Origin: an uncultured archaeon
GTDB lineage: Archaea; Asgardarchaeota; Thorarchaeia; Thorarchaeales; Thorarchaeaceae
Direction: 5' to 3'
Length of the DNA stretch: 13,102 nt
Assembly (NCBI GenBank): GCA_964610875.1
Contig: CAZSWP010000062.1
Location: 1-13,102 of the forward strand
Part shown: positions 1-8,253 of the stretch, in pieces
How the letters are laid out: the number at the start of each line of letters is the position of its first letter
Position numbering within the stretch: position 1 is the stretch's first letter
Notes under the pieces: generated by a model
What the model was told of the DNA's origin: nothing
Seen by the model: only the letters and a program-made list of their open reading frames with translations
Database searches by the model: none
Program-made: the position numbers and the translations under genes

Positions 1-981
1 TGTAAATTGAAGAGAACATTCAATGAAGCTGACTTTGTGATAGGGAATCTTGAATCGGTTATATCTAATAGCACTCAAATGGAGGGGATAAAAAGTCTAT
101 ATCTTAGAGCTCCGGCTTCAGCATCGAAATTATTGTCCAATGCAGGAATCTCTGCAGTGAATGTAGCAAACAATCATTCAATGGATCATGGTCCAGATGC
201 TTTTGATGAAACATTGATGCATTTGAAAAAAGAGAATATTATAGTGTTTGGTATCAAATCAGACCCACAAATTGTAACACTTAGTAAGAAAAACACAGAT
301 AATGTTTCTATTGCCTTGATAGGAGCTTCTTTCTTACCAAACAGAACAAGTTTCAATCCATCATATGTTTTGATAGACGATGATGCTACTTTTCAGAATT
401 TTCGCAATAAAATTCGATATGCGTCTGAAGAATGTGATTATGTCTTTTTGTCATGTCATTGGGGAGATGAATTCGTAACATTACCAAGTCCTAAACAAAT
501 CAGACTTTCTAAAAGAATGATAAAAAGTGGAGCAGATATAATTCTTGGACACCATCCTCATGTCTACCAAGGACTAGGCTGGTTCGATACCAAACCCATA
601 TTCTATTCACTTGGAAACTTCATATCCGATATGAAGCAGGAGTATTTACGGAGAGCTGTATTAGCTGAAATAAGTATCAATGACAAAATCAAAGCTAAAA
701 GTTATTTCATTAAGATGAATAGATACCATCAACCTCAGCTCGTGGAATCAGAAGATTGGACTTCATGGATCAATAGCATAGATCATGAAGTGAACGAGTC
801 GATGTCAAGCAAAAGATATGCTCAGACTTATGCAAGAGAGCTCCAAAAGGCTTACGCAAGATATCGAAGAGATATGATATTGAACTACCTTTCAAATATT
901 GGAATACATCCTTTCTTGAAAGGTAAATCAATTATGAAAGAGTATATCTATAAAGTAATTTCAAGCGTTTTTTATAAATAA
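1..981 (+). CDS. CapA/PgsA-family (PGA_cap, calcineurin-like metallophosphoesterase fold) protein, 5'-partial
   Basis: Family motifs in order: DFVIGNLES, ANNHSMDHG, HWGDE, GHHPHV, YSLGNF. The frame is open from base 1 (TGT AAA TTG) and the usual N-terminal 'GD' motif is missing, so the true start is probably upstream of the window rather than the TTG at 7. A helical C-terminal extension of roughly 80 aa follows the domain. Confidence 0.9.
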   Translation, partial: CKLKRTFNEADFVIGNLESVISNSTQMEGIKSLYLRAPASASKLLSNAGISAVNVANNHSMDHGPDAFDETLMHLKKENIIVFGIKSDPQIVTLSKKNTDNVSIALIGASFLPNRTSFNPSYVLIDDDATFQNFRNKIRYASEECDYVFLSCHWGDEFVTLPSPKQIRLSKRMIKSGADIILGHHPHVYQGLGWFDTKPIFYSLGNFISDMKQEYLRRAVLAEISINDKIKAKSYFIKMNRYHQPQLVESEDWTSWINSIDHEVNESMSSKRYAQTYARELQKAYARYRRDMILNYLSNIGIHPFLKGKSIMKEYIYKVISSVFYK

Positions 982-1038
982 GGATAAACTAGTTAGTTGA
1001 ATATTTCATTGAAAATTGCTGTGTTTATTCAAGTTGCT

Positions 1039-3741
1039 TCATATCAGCAATACTTCATAAAGGTCATAGTCACCATTAGATGAAACAAGAGTGGTCAATT
1101 CCGCCTCCAGTAGGTTTTCCAGAAGAATCCATCTATCTGTAGAATCATGACAAAGGTATAGAATGTTAAACTGCTCAATATATGGCAGGAATTCTTCCGA
1201 AGAGCCTAAAGAACTTAATTCATTCAAATCATCAAAAACTTCAATCTCCATTCTAAATGGCCCCTTTCTCAGAAATTGTGTGATTCCTGTCATTGAAAAA
1301 TCAAATGTTTGGTATATATTGTAATTCACCGATGTTCCAAAAGTTGAGAGTATTAAAACTTGACTCATTGGAAACACAGAAATTTCAGGAAGCCTATATC
1401 CCAATGTTTGTGCCAAACCTTGGTTCGAAGCCAATAAAGATACGGATTCACTCGCAATTTTGACATAATCAAGAATTAGAGAGCCGGGACCAGACCTCGT
1501 TGGGGTAGTAACAATTCTAAAACCTATGCTTTTTATTTCATGAAGTACATCGATTCGCAAACACACAGTATTCCAATTATTAGAACCATGAATTGTAAAT
1601 GATTGGGACATTTTACCCCCTAATTTACTTCCATTACTAACAAGCAGGTAAGGTCCAACAAAGGGGTAATTTGAAATAGTTCTATACCGAAACTCTACGT
1701 ACAATAATGGACCTTCAATACCCGAAATATTTGAATAAATCCAGTCATTTTGATCAAGAGGGCCACCATATCGACTGGTAAGATTCACCACTTCATCTAC
1801 TGTGAACGAGTCTTCAATTTCTAGCTGATATGGCGTCCAATTGGTTATATTTACTACATTTGGACTATAATCCAGCATTTCTTCAAATTCCTCTATTGTT
1901 GTTTCAAGGTCAGAGGGTAAGCTAGCTCCCTCGTATGTGTATCTGATAAACTGAATAGACATTCCCAAAGTCATGCATAAGAGACCGAAAATAACAACAG
2001 AGGAGGTTATTCTTTTCTCAATTTTTGGTTTCTTTAATCTCATATCTGGATAATAAGATGTAATCTCAACTTTGATCTTTTCAGTATCTATCTTGATTTT
2101 TGATGATGCTTTTTTCTTTCTCTTGACTAATTTATGCAGGTAGTTATTGAAACCAATAAGGAATGGAAAAATGAGTTGAACGGAGAGTATTACAAACACT
2201 ATGGATAATGCTTGATAGAAATAAAGAGTCAAGGACAGGAATGGAAAGAAAAGGAGCGTGGCTAATAGAAAACACTGACCTTTCCCATTTATGGAAATCT
2301 TGGAGATTGGTAACAATAAAAGACCCAAGAAGAGAAAGACTGATACAAAACCCAGTCTAGCTGTTATGAGGAATATGAATCCAATTGCTACTGAAAATGG
2401 CATGAATTCTAATTCTGAAGTCACACTAGATCGGGTTAGGATCCATGTACCAACAAGAGATCTATCTCCTATTACAAATAGGAGATATGGGATTGATAGT
2501 AAGAATATCCCCAACAATGATACTAACGTATTATCTCTATTTTGAGAAAAGGGAAGAATTTGAGAGGTGAGTTTATTGGCCAATTTTGAAATTCTTGAGG
2601 ATTTGATTCTTATCAAAATTGATGATTCAAGAAATATTTTCACCAAATAAAGAAAAACACCGAAAACAAGGACAACTCTTCCAAGCCCATGTGAAAGTAA
2701 TAATGAAAACGAAAGAAGCAGCCATATGAAAATTTTCTTCTTTATTTGAGTATTTGTACTTAGGATAGTAATAAGAAAAATAGAAAATGCACAAGGGGCT
2801 ATAAAAAGAAACAACTGTCTACCTGTTGAAGTCCAATCAGTGAATTTCAAAAACAGCGGCATAAAAGCAAATAAACTAAATGCGTAAGGAAAAGACTCAT
2901 TGGGGAGAATCTCAAAGTGCTCAGCAACCTTGACAAGGATTGGAAATGTTATAGTAGAGATTATACCATGAGTAATGGATAATACGAGAATAACAAACTC
3001 GATTTCGAATCCGGAAAGTAATGTTAGATTTGCTGTATAGAATATAGAACTAACGACAACAGATGCAGGATATAGTTCAATAAATGATAAAGGAGACAAA
3101 ACCCAAGACAATGTTTCTGTATTCAATAAATCGATGGTTAAAATGTGGAAAAAACGAGAATCGACACCGATTTGATTGTCAATTAGCAAGGGGAATCTAA
3201 CTATTAAGCACAACATCAAAATCTGGAAAAAAAACGGAGTGTAATTCCATTCTGAGAATCGTTGTACGAGGAATGAAACAGTTTTCTTCAATGTTGAACG
3301 AAAAGTGACACATATAGAAATTGGAATGATAACACTAGTTGAGATGATTCCAATCAAATTATAGAATCGAAATACTGAAAGAAAAATCCCTGAAACCATT
3401 GTATAAAGAAAGGATGTAATCATACTTAGTGATAGATATAGAAGTGTAGATTCCATCCTCCGCTTATGATTCCCATCATCTCCTTTTTCGGGAAATGAAG
3501 AATTGAGAAATTTAGAATTTAGAGCAAGTGACATGAAAAAGGGTAATACAAAGGAAATGAATATAGAAGATGAGATGGTAATCAAACCAACAATGGGATT
3601 CAAACTCGTCTTGAAATCGATTAAAACTAACCAATATAAAATCCAAAAGATTAGAAATATGATTGACCAACGGATGAAGGATTTGTGTGAGCTGTTTCCT
3701 GATTCCCGTTCCATTTCCGTATTTCTCTTCTGTTTGAACAT
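1039..3741 (-). CDS. Large polytopic membrane protein, putative GT-C-fold glycosyltransferase, with an extracellular C-terminal region containing a beta-sandwich (CBM-like) insertion
   Basis: 900-aa ORF with about 14-16 hydrophobic segments in residues ~22-600. A loop motif G192-V-D-S-R-F-F-H199 followed by WVLSPLSFIELYPAS resembles the D-x(3-4)-H first external loop of GT-C enzymes. The soluble C-terminal ~300 aa ends in SNGDYDLY. The CDS is secure; the function is inferred. Confidence 0.6.
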   Translation of the reverse strand: MFKQKRNTEMERESGNSSHKSFIRWSIIFLIFWILYWLVLIDFKTSLNPIVGLITISSSIFISFVLPFFMSLALNSKFLNSSFPEKGDDGNHKRRMESTLLYLSLSMITSFLYTMVSGIFLSVFRFYNLIGIISTSVIIPISICVTFRSTLKKTVSFLVQRFSEWNYTPFFFQILMLCLIVRFPLLIDNQIGVDSRFFHILTIDLLNTETLSWVLSPLSFIELYPASVVVSSIFYTANLTLLSGFEIEFVILVLSITHGIISTITFPILVKVAEHFEILPNESFPYAFSLFAFMPLFLKFTDWTSTGRQLFLFIAPCAFSIFLITILSTNTQIKKKIFIWLLLSFSLLLSHGLGRVVLVFGVFLYLVKIFLESSILIRIKSSRISKLANKLTSQILPFSQNRDNTLVSLLGIFLLSIPYLLFVIGDRSLVGTWILTRSSVTSELEFMPFSVAIGFIFLITARLGFVSVFLFLGLLLLPISKISINGKGQCFLLATLLFFPFLSLTLYFYQALSIVFVILSVQLIFPFLIGFNNYLHKLVKRKKKASSKIKIDTEKIKVEITSYYPDMRLKKPKIEKRITSSVVIFGLLCMTLGMSIQFIRYTYEGASLPSDLETTIEEFEEMLDYSPNVVNITNWTPYQLEIEDSFTVDEVVNLTSRYGGPLDQNDWIYSNISGIEGPLLYVEFRYRTISNYPFVGPYLLVSNGSKLGGKMSQSFTIHGSNNWNTVCLRIDVLHEIKSIGFRIVTTPTRSGPGSLILDYVKIASESVSLLASNQGLAQTLGYRLPEISVFPMSQVLILSTFGTSVNYNIYQTFDFSMTGITQFLRKGPFRMEIEVFDDLNELSSLGSSEEFLPYIEQFNILYLCHDSTDRWILLENLLEAELTTLVSSNGDYDLYEVLLI

Positions 3742-3848
3742 GTTGTTACATCAATCCTCATTACATTATTGAACCATATTTCAAACCCAACTTAAGCCCT
3801 CCGCAAAGTTAAGAAACATATCATTATTAGATTTCGCAGTTTTGTTTT

Positions 3849-3862
3849 GAGTAGGATTTATA
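3849..3862 (+). promoter_or_regulatory. Putative archaeal BRE/TATA promoter element of the CapK-like gene
   Basis: Purine-rich GAGTAGGA followed by TTTATA (3857-3862), 25-30 nt upstream of ATG 3887 with no SD in between, consistent with a leaderless or short-leader transcript. The same 13-mer recurs at 7349-7361 on the minus strand. Confidence 0.45.
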
Positions 3863-3886
3863 CATGATAGACCGAAATAAAAACCC

Positions 3887-5260
3887 ATGTCTTTGAGAAC
3901 AGATTTCGTATCGAATATTCTATATCCCTTTGCAGATATTCTGAATAGAACAAGTATTATGGAGAAATATAAATTTCTCAAAAAGAGTCAATGGTGGAGC
4001 AAAAAAGAATTAGAAGATTTCCAGTTCATGAAATTTAGGAGATTGATAAACCACATTTATGCAAATGTGCCTTTCTATCGCCGCTATTTCAAATCAGAAA
4101 AACTTCTCCCTTCAGATTTTAAATCATTATCAGACATCAAGAAATTGCCAGTTCTTACAAGAGAAGATGTAAAGAAACATAATGAGGAGCTAAGGTCTTA
4201 TGACATTAAAGGAAAAGGGGTCATTAGTGCTCAGACTGGAGGAACAACGGGCCAGCCGTTATCATTCATTCGAGATAAAGAAACAAGAAGCTGGGCGTGG
4301 GGGGCAATGTACAGATTCTTTGAATGGACAGGTACATATGTTGGTGAGAAAAGAATCACTGTGGGAGGAGGGTCTCTTGGAGGGTATCTGATGAAAACCA
4401 ATACTTGGTCAATATTAGCAAAGGGAGTTGACAAACTCCAAGGCAATTACTTCTTTCCAGCATTCTCACTAGATAAGGAAATTATAACAAATATCTCTAG
4501 ATATGTGAAGAATCGTAAAATACGCATAATGCGAGGATATCCATCTACTCTGTATATTATAGCTCAGACTGCTGAAAAATATCATCTTGATTTTAGTAAT
4601 ATAGAAATTTGTTGGACTACGGCTGAAAAGCTCTTCCCACATCAAAGAGAATTCGTTGAACAGGTGTTCTCAGCAGATATGTATGATCAGTATGGTTTTG
4701 CTGAAATCCATTCAGTTGCAGCACAGTGTAAGAAAAAAAATCTATACCATATTTTCGATGAACATGTATTTGCAGAAACAAATCACGAAGAAGATACAGA
4801 TGAATTCTTGTTGAATGCGACTCTTACGGACTTGGATAATTATGTTATGCCATTTATTCGTTATGATCCAGGAGATGTCCTAAGAATAGGAAGGAAAAAT
4901 TGTAGTTGTGGACGAAATCTAACAACTCTTGAAGGTATTGAAGGCCGAATACATGATTTTCTAGTAGCAAGCGACGGAAGGGTTATTCCTGGAGAATTTA
5001 TACCACATCTTTTTCAGAGAGTACAAGGTTTTGATCGGTATTTCGTACATCAGATATCTGAACATGAGTTGATTGTAAAAATTGTGAAGAATAGCAAATA
5101 TAATGAAATGGAAGTTGTTGGGTTAAAGCGAGTCTTGCATCAGCATTTAGGTGAAGACGTATCAATTCACTTTGATTCCGTTACGGAGAATGAGTTACCC
5201 AAAACAAGATCAGGTAAAATATTCTTTGTCAGGTCCAATGTGACACCGGATTTTGACTAG
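3887..5260 (+). CDS. Phenylacetate-CoA ligase / CapK-family adenylate-forming enzyme (polysaccharide-locus type)
   Basis: ANL-superfamily motifs: NVPFYR, LPVLTRE, P-loop TGGTTGQP, GYPS, TTAEKL, DQYGFAE, MPFIRYDPGD, CSCGR, EGRIHD, C-terminal TRSGK. The N-terminal SQWWS..L.DFQ segment is typical of CapK-like proteins. Confidence 0.9.
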   Translation: MSLRTDFVSNILYPFADILNRTSIMEKYKFLKKSQWWSKKELEDFQFMKFRRLINHIYANVPFYRRYFKSEKLLPSDFKSLSDIKKLPVLTREDVKKHNEELRSYDIKGKGVISAQTGGTTGQPLSFIRDKETRSWAWGAMYRFFEWTGTYVGEKRITVGGGSLGGYLMKTNTWSILAKGVDKLQGNYFFPAFSLDKEIITNISRYVKNRKIRIMRGYPSTLYIIAQTAEKYHLDFSNIEICWTTAEKLFPHQREFVEQVFSADMYDQYGFAEIHSVAAQCKKKNLYHIFDEHVFAETNHEEDTDEFLLNATLTDLDNYVMPFIRYDPGDVLRIGRKNCSCGRNLTTLEGIEGRIHDFLVASDGRVIPGEFIPHLFQRVQGFDRYFVHQISEHELIVKIVKNSKYNEMEVVGLKRVLHQHLGEDVSIHFDSVTENELPKTRSGKIFFVRSNVTPDFD

Positions 5261-5353
5261 GAACACAAAAGAAATTCGTATATAGAACAATATCTAGTTT
5301 CGACAATAATAAAAGTAGAAATCGAATGTTGAACATTTAGCGGGTCAAAAGAT

Positions 5354-6373
5354 ATGACTAGATTACTGATTGAAATAGGACATCCTGGTCATGTACATTT
5401 CTTCAAGGTACCTATTAGGATTCTCAAGAATAGAGGTTGGAAAGTAGTTATTCATGCGCGGAATAAAGCAGAATGTTTTGAACTACTTCGAGCAGAGAAG
5501 CTTACATTCGTCCCGGGACCCAAACATCTGTCATCTATGATGAACTTATTGAATATCCCTGTAATTGTTAGAGATATCTATCGGTTATCCAAGCGATTTG
5601 ATGCATATATCATGGCCGCTATAGGAGGTTGTCATGCTGCTCTTGCATCAAGATTAAATCATCTACCTTGTGTAAGCTATACCGATACAGAGCATGCAAG
5701 GGAACAAGCATTATTATACGTTCCTCATTGCACATCAATTCATACTCCCAGAGCATTTAGATTAGATTTTGGGAAAAAACACAATAGATATCCAGGTTAT
5801 CATGAGCTCTCTTACTTACATCCAAATTATTTCAAGCCAGATAAAACAATGATTGAAGAGGAAGGATTATTGGACAATGGACCACCGATTCTGATGCGTA
5901 TTGTTGGATTTACTGCATCACATGATTTTGCTGTACGACAGGTTCGTTGGGAAAACGAATTCATAAGAAAATATCACAAGAATTACAAAATCATTATTTC
6001 TTCCGAGTTGCCACTACCAAGAAACCTACAATCCTTCAGAAACCCCCTACCTGCAAATCAATTACACAATCTTCTCGCGTTCTCACGTATGTACGTAGGA
6101 TCTGGAGCGACAACTGCATCTGAGGCTGCAATTTTGGGAACACCAGTTGTTTATACAAACCCATTGAGGTTAGGATATCTAGATCAAATGGAGAGTAGAT
6201 ACGGATTGGTATACAACAGAACAAGTGCAAGAAATATTCTCTCATCATGTGGAAGGATACTATCAGAATCTAAGCAGAAGTATATCGATAAGAGTAAGAA
6301 TCTAATAAGTGAAAGCTGTGATGTAGCAAAATATGTTGCAGATACTATTGAAGAAGAAATTGCAAATGTTTGA
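5354..6373 (+). CDS. DUF354 family protein (predicted GT-B-fold glycosyltransferase-like)
   Basis: Signature motifs HPGHVHFFK, DTEHA, YPGYHELSYLHPNYFKPD, ASHD, TTASEAAILGTP; 339 aa. Confidence 0.85.
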   Translation: MTRLLIEIGHPGHVHFFKVPIRILKNRGWKVVIHARNKAECFELLRAEKLTFVPGPKHLSSMMNLLNIPVIVRDIYRLSKRFDAYIMAAIGGCHAALASRLNHLPCVSYTDTEHAREQALLYVPHCTSIHTPRAFRLDFGKKHNRYPGYHELSYLHPNYFKPDKTMIEEEGLLDNGPPILMRIVGFTASHDFAVRQVRWENEFIRKYHKNYKIIISSELPLPRNLQSFRNPLPANQLHNLLAFSRMYVGSGATTASEAAILGTPVVYTNPLRLGYLDQMESRYGLVYNRTSARNILSSCGRILSESKQKYIDKSKNLISESCDVAKYVADTIEEEIANV

Positions 6374-6379
6374 TTACTC

Positions 6380-6385
6380 TTTTTT
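6380..6385 (+). terminator. Possible oligo-T (archaeal-type) terminator in the 16-bp convergent gap
   Basis: T6 run starting 7 nt after the DUF354 stop; no hairpin seen. Confidence 0.25.
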
Positions 6386-6389
6386 GCAT

Positions 6390-7316
6390 TCATCTCTTGG
6401 GAAGGAGTATCTTCCTCCAACGTCTTGCATATTCCTTCATTGTTACAAATTCAACATCCAGATTTGATAGAATCCATCGAATTCTATTTTCAGTTGTTCG
6501 CCCTTTGAAAAGCCAGTAAAAAGGACGGTTCGCAGAAAATACATCAGGAGTCTTTTCATCTGAAATATCCTGTGGGTGGAAGTATAATATAGATGACCCA
6601 GTTTTGAGACTTTGCTTTAATCCTTCATAGATTATCCGTGAACCAAGAATTCTGAGAAAGAAGGCACCAGCGGTTGGTATCTTGATAGAACCAATTTTGA
6701 GATATGGCCAAGGTATTTCAATAATCGCTCGAGGTTCACCCTTTTTCAAACTACCGCGTTTTGGAAAATATGGACGTCGTCCAACTCCTTCTAAATCACA
6801 ATCAGTTTTATTGTATAGAGAATTCACTGATACGGAAGAATCATATTCAAAACCGAGTTCTTCGAGAATATCTATAGACCAACCTCCTAAGTAAGCTCCA
6901 GGAGCTCGAAAACCAGTAATAGAGATAGGAGCAATCTCCTCAAGACTCTCTTTTGCTTCCTTGATGCGATTACGATATTCAGAAATGGCGACGACCCTAT
7001 CCTTACTTACTGTATCTATAGGACTACTATGATCATACCCATGGCATGCAATTTCATGACCGGAATTCGCGATTTTCTCAACAAGTCCATTATACCGTCT
7101 AGCTATCTCACCAACAATAAAGAAAGTGCCTTTAATATTGTATTCAGATAGGAGATTCAATATTCGTTGTGTCGGTTTGGAAATATAGTCATATCGACCT
7201 TTCCAGTGTTTGAAGAACTCATCAGTGTTTTTGTATTTTGAAAATGTGTATCCACTAACAGATGGATGATGATACCAATCCTCCACATCGATGGTCACTG
7301 AAAAGAACGGTTTCAT
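6390..7316 (-). CDS. Polysaccharide deacetylase (CE4/NodB fold, DUF3473 / XrtA-system-like subfamily)
   Basis: Motifs TIDVEDWYH, TFFIVG, HEIACHGYDH, GFRAPG, YDSSV, GAFFLR, YFHP; the metal-binding and catalytic D/H residues appear intact. Confidence 0.9.
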   Translation of the reverse strand: MKPFFSVTIDVEDWYHHPSVSGYTFSKYKNTDEFFKHWKGRYDYISKPTQRILNLLSEYNIKGTFFIVGEIARRYNGLVEKIANSGHEIACHGYDHSSPIDTVSKDRVVAISEYRNRIKEAKESLEEIAPISITGFRAPGAYLGGWSIDILEELGFEYDSSVSVNSLYNKTDCDLEGVGRRPYFPKRGSLKKGEPRAIIEIPWPYLKIGSIKIPTAGAFFLRILGSRIIYEGLKQSLKTGSSILYFHPQDISDEKTPDVFSANRPFYWLFKGRTTENRIRWILSNLDVEFVTMKEYARRWRKILLPKR

Positions 7317-7348
7317 TTCGATTCAAAACCTGCAAATAACAACTAAAA

Positions 7349-7361
7349 ATAAATCCTACTC
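7349..7361 (-). promoter_or_regulatory. Putative promoter/regulatory element of the deacetylase gene (second copy of GAGTAGGATTTAT)
   Basis: The + strand ATAAATCCTACTC is the reverse complement of 3849-3861; TTTAT begins 37 nt upstream of ATG 7316. Confidence 0.4.
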
Positions 7362-7386
7362 CGCCATATCCCATACTGATAATTAA

Positions 7387-7980
7387 CTAGTCATTAGCTT
7401 TTTTAGATTCGTTTTCTCCTGCATTATGAAGTTTTCGTAGTTCCTTCGCAGGAACACCACCAACAAAGGTATGTGCGGGTACATCTTTGGTAACAATGGC
7501 GCCAGCACCAACAACTGCACCTTCACCTATGGTAACCCCTGGCAAAAGTGTCGCACCTATTGTAATCCAAGCATTTCTTTTAATGATGACTGGCGCAACG
7601 AAGGAAGGAAAGTCATTTTTATGAAATTCGAGAGGTGTGTTATGAGCTAGAATATAATTTGAACCTGCGAGTGACACACCTTCTTCTATATGAACGTATT
7701 CTGGAAAAACTGTGTCAATCAGAACGTGTGGCCCAATCTGTACATTCTTTGCAATTTTCACACCACGCCGTCTTTGACAAATGACACGAATTCCAGGCAT
7801 GGGAGAGAAGTATGCAATCATGTGAAGTAGATAATCATTCATTGTTGAAAGGAGATATCTAATAGAGGCAAATCGTCCAGTGTATCCATGTTGTTTTGCT
7901 GATCTCCGTAATGTTCTCCTTGATGACTGCAATTTGAAATATTCGAGTTCTCTCTTTTCTAGCGATGAGTTATTTGTCAT
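7387..7980 (-). CDS. Hexapeptide-repeat (left-handed beta-helix) sugar O-/N-acyltransferase
   Basis: GVKIAKNVQIGPHVLID, ILAH, APVIIKRNAWITIGATLLPGVTIGEGAVVGAGAIVTKDVP...GGVPAK; GAGGA just upstream of the ATG. Confidence 0.9.
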   Translation of the reverse strand: MTNNSSLEKRELEYFKLQSSRRTLRRSAKQHGYTGRFASIRYLLSTMNDYLLHMIAYFSPMPGIRVICQRRRGVKIAKNVQIGPHVLIDTVFPEYVHIEEGVSLAGSNYILAHNTPLEFHKNDFPSFVAPVIIKRNAWITIGATLLPGVTIGEGAVVGAGAIVTKDVPAHTFVGGVPAKELRKLHNAGENESKKAND

Positions 7981-8170
7981 GTTAAATCCTCGTTTTCTTT
8001 AATTATGTGCATATTATCTGTTGATGGATAGATTTCAAACAATGATGGATTGATAAAGTCTTTTTTGTTTCCCTTGCATGGTGAATTTATGATAGAAGAA
8101 CATGGATAGCTTGTCATTTCAAAATCATCTTCATTCTACCTAGAACTCCCTGAACAATTTAGAAAAGGCA

Positions 8171-8190
8171 CAGTAGTAAAAATTATAATA
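8171..8190 (+). promoter_or_regulatory. Putative BRE/TATA promoter of the GT2-gmd unit
   Basis: Purine-rich AGTAGTAAAAA followed by TTATAATA (8183-8190), about 65 nt upstream of ATG 8254; SD-like AGGGGT at 8241-8246. Confidence 0.35.
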
Positions 8191-8253
8191 CACCATCAAA
8201 AAATAAATCAGGGTTGCAGGGTTAGTGAGGCACCTGCGTCAGGGGTAAGATAT

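Noticed and set aside
997-1032. Inverted repeat TTGAATA...TATTCAA with an inner TTTCA-T-TGAAA in the convergent gap, as a bidirectional terminator
   Set aside because: Short, AT-only stems with a long irregular loop; not distinguishable from chance.
1039-3741. Calling the membrane protein AglB/STT3 oligosaccharyltransferase
   Set aside because: It lacks the diagnostic WWDYG motif; only general GT-C-like features are visible.
2291-3772. Short + strand ORFs 2291..2545 and 3503..3772
   Set aside because: Antisense shadows of the 900-aa membrane protein with no recognisable motifs; expected opposite T-rich hydrophobic codons.
3781-4446. ORFs 3781..3981 (-), 4200..4391 (+), 4231..4446 (-)
   Set aside because: They overlap the well-supported CapK-like CDS or its promoter and show no protein-family features.
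3227-4740. A8 homopolymers at 3227-3234 and 4733-4740 as phase-variation tracts
   Set aside because: Both genes are in frame and 8-nt A/T runs are expected in AT-rich DNA.
3887-5260. Calling the ligase paaK of phenylacetate catabolism
   Set aside because: No paa genes are nearby; the context and N-terminal sequence fit the polysaccharide-associated CapK-like branch.
6036-6894. ORFs 6036..6248 (-), 6184..6420 (-), 6682..6894 (+)
   Set aside because: Alternative-frame or antisense overlaps of the DUF354 and deacetylase genes.
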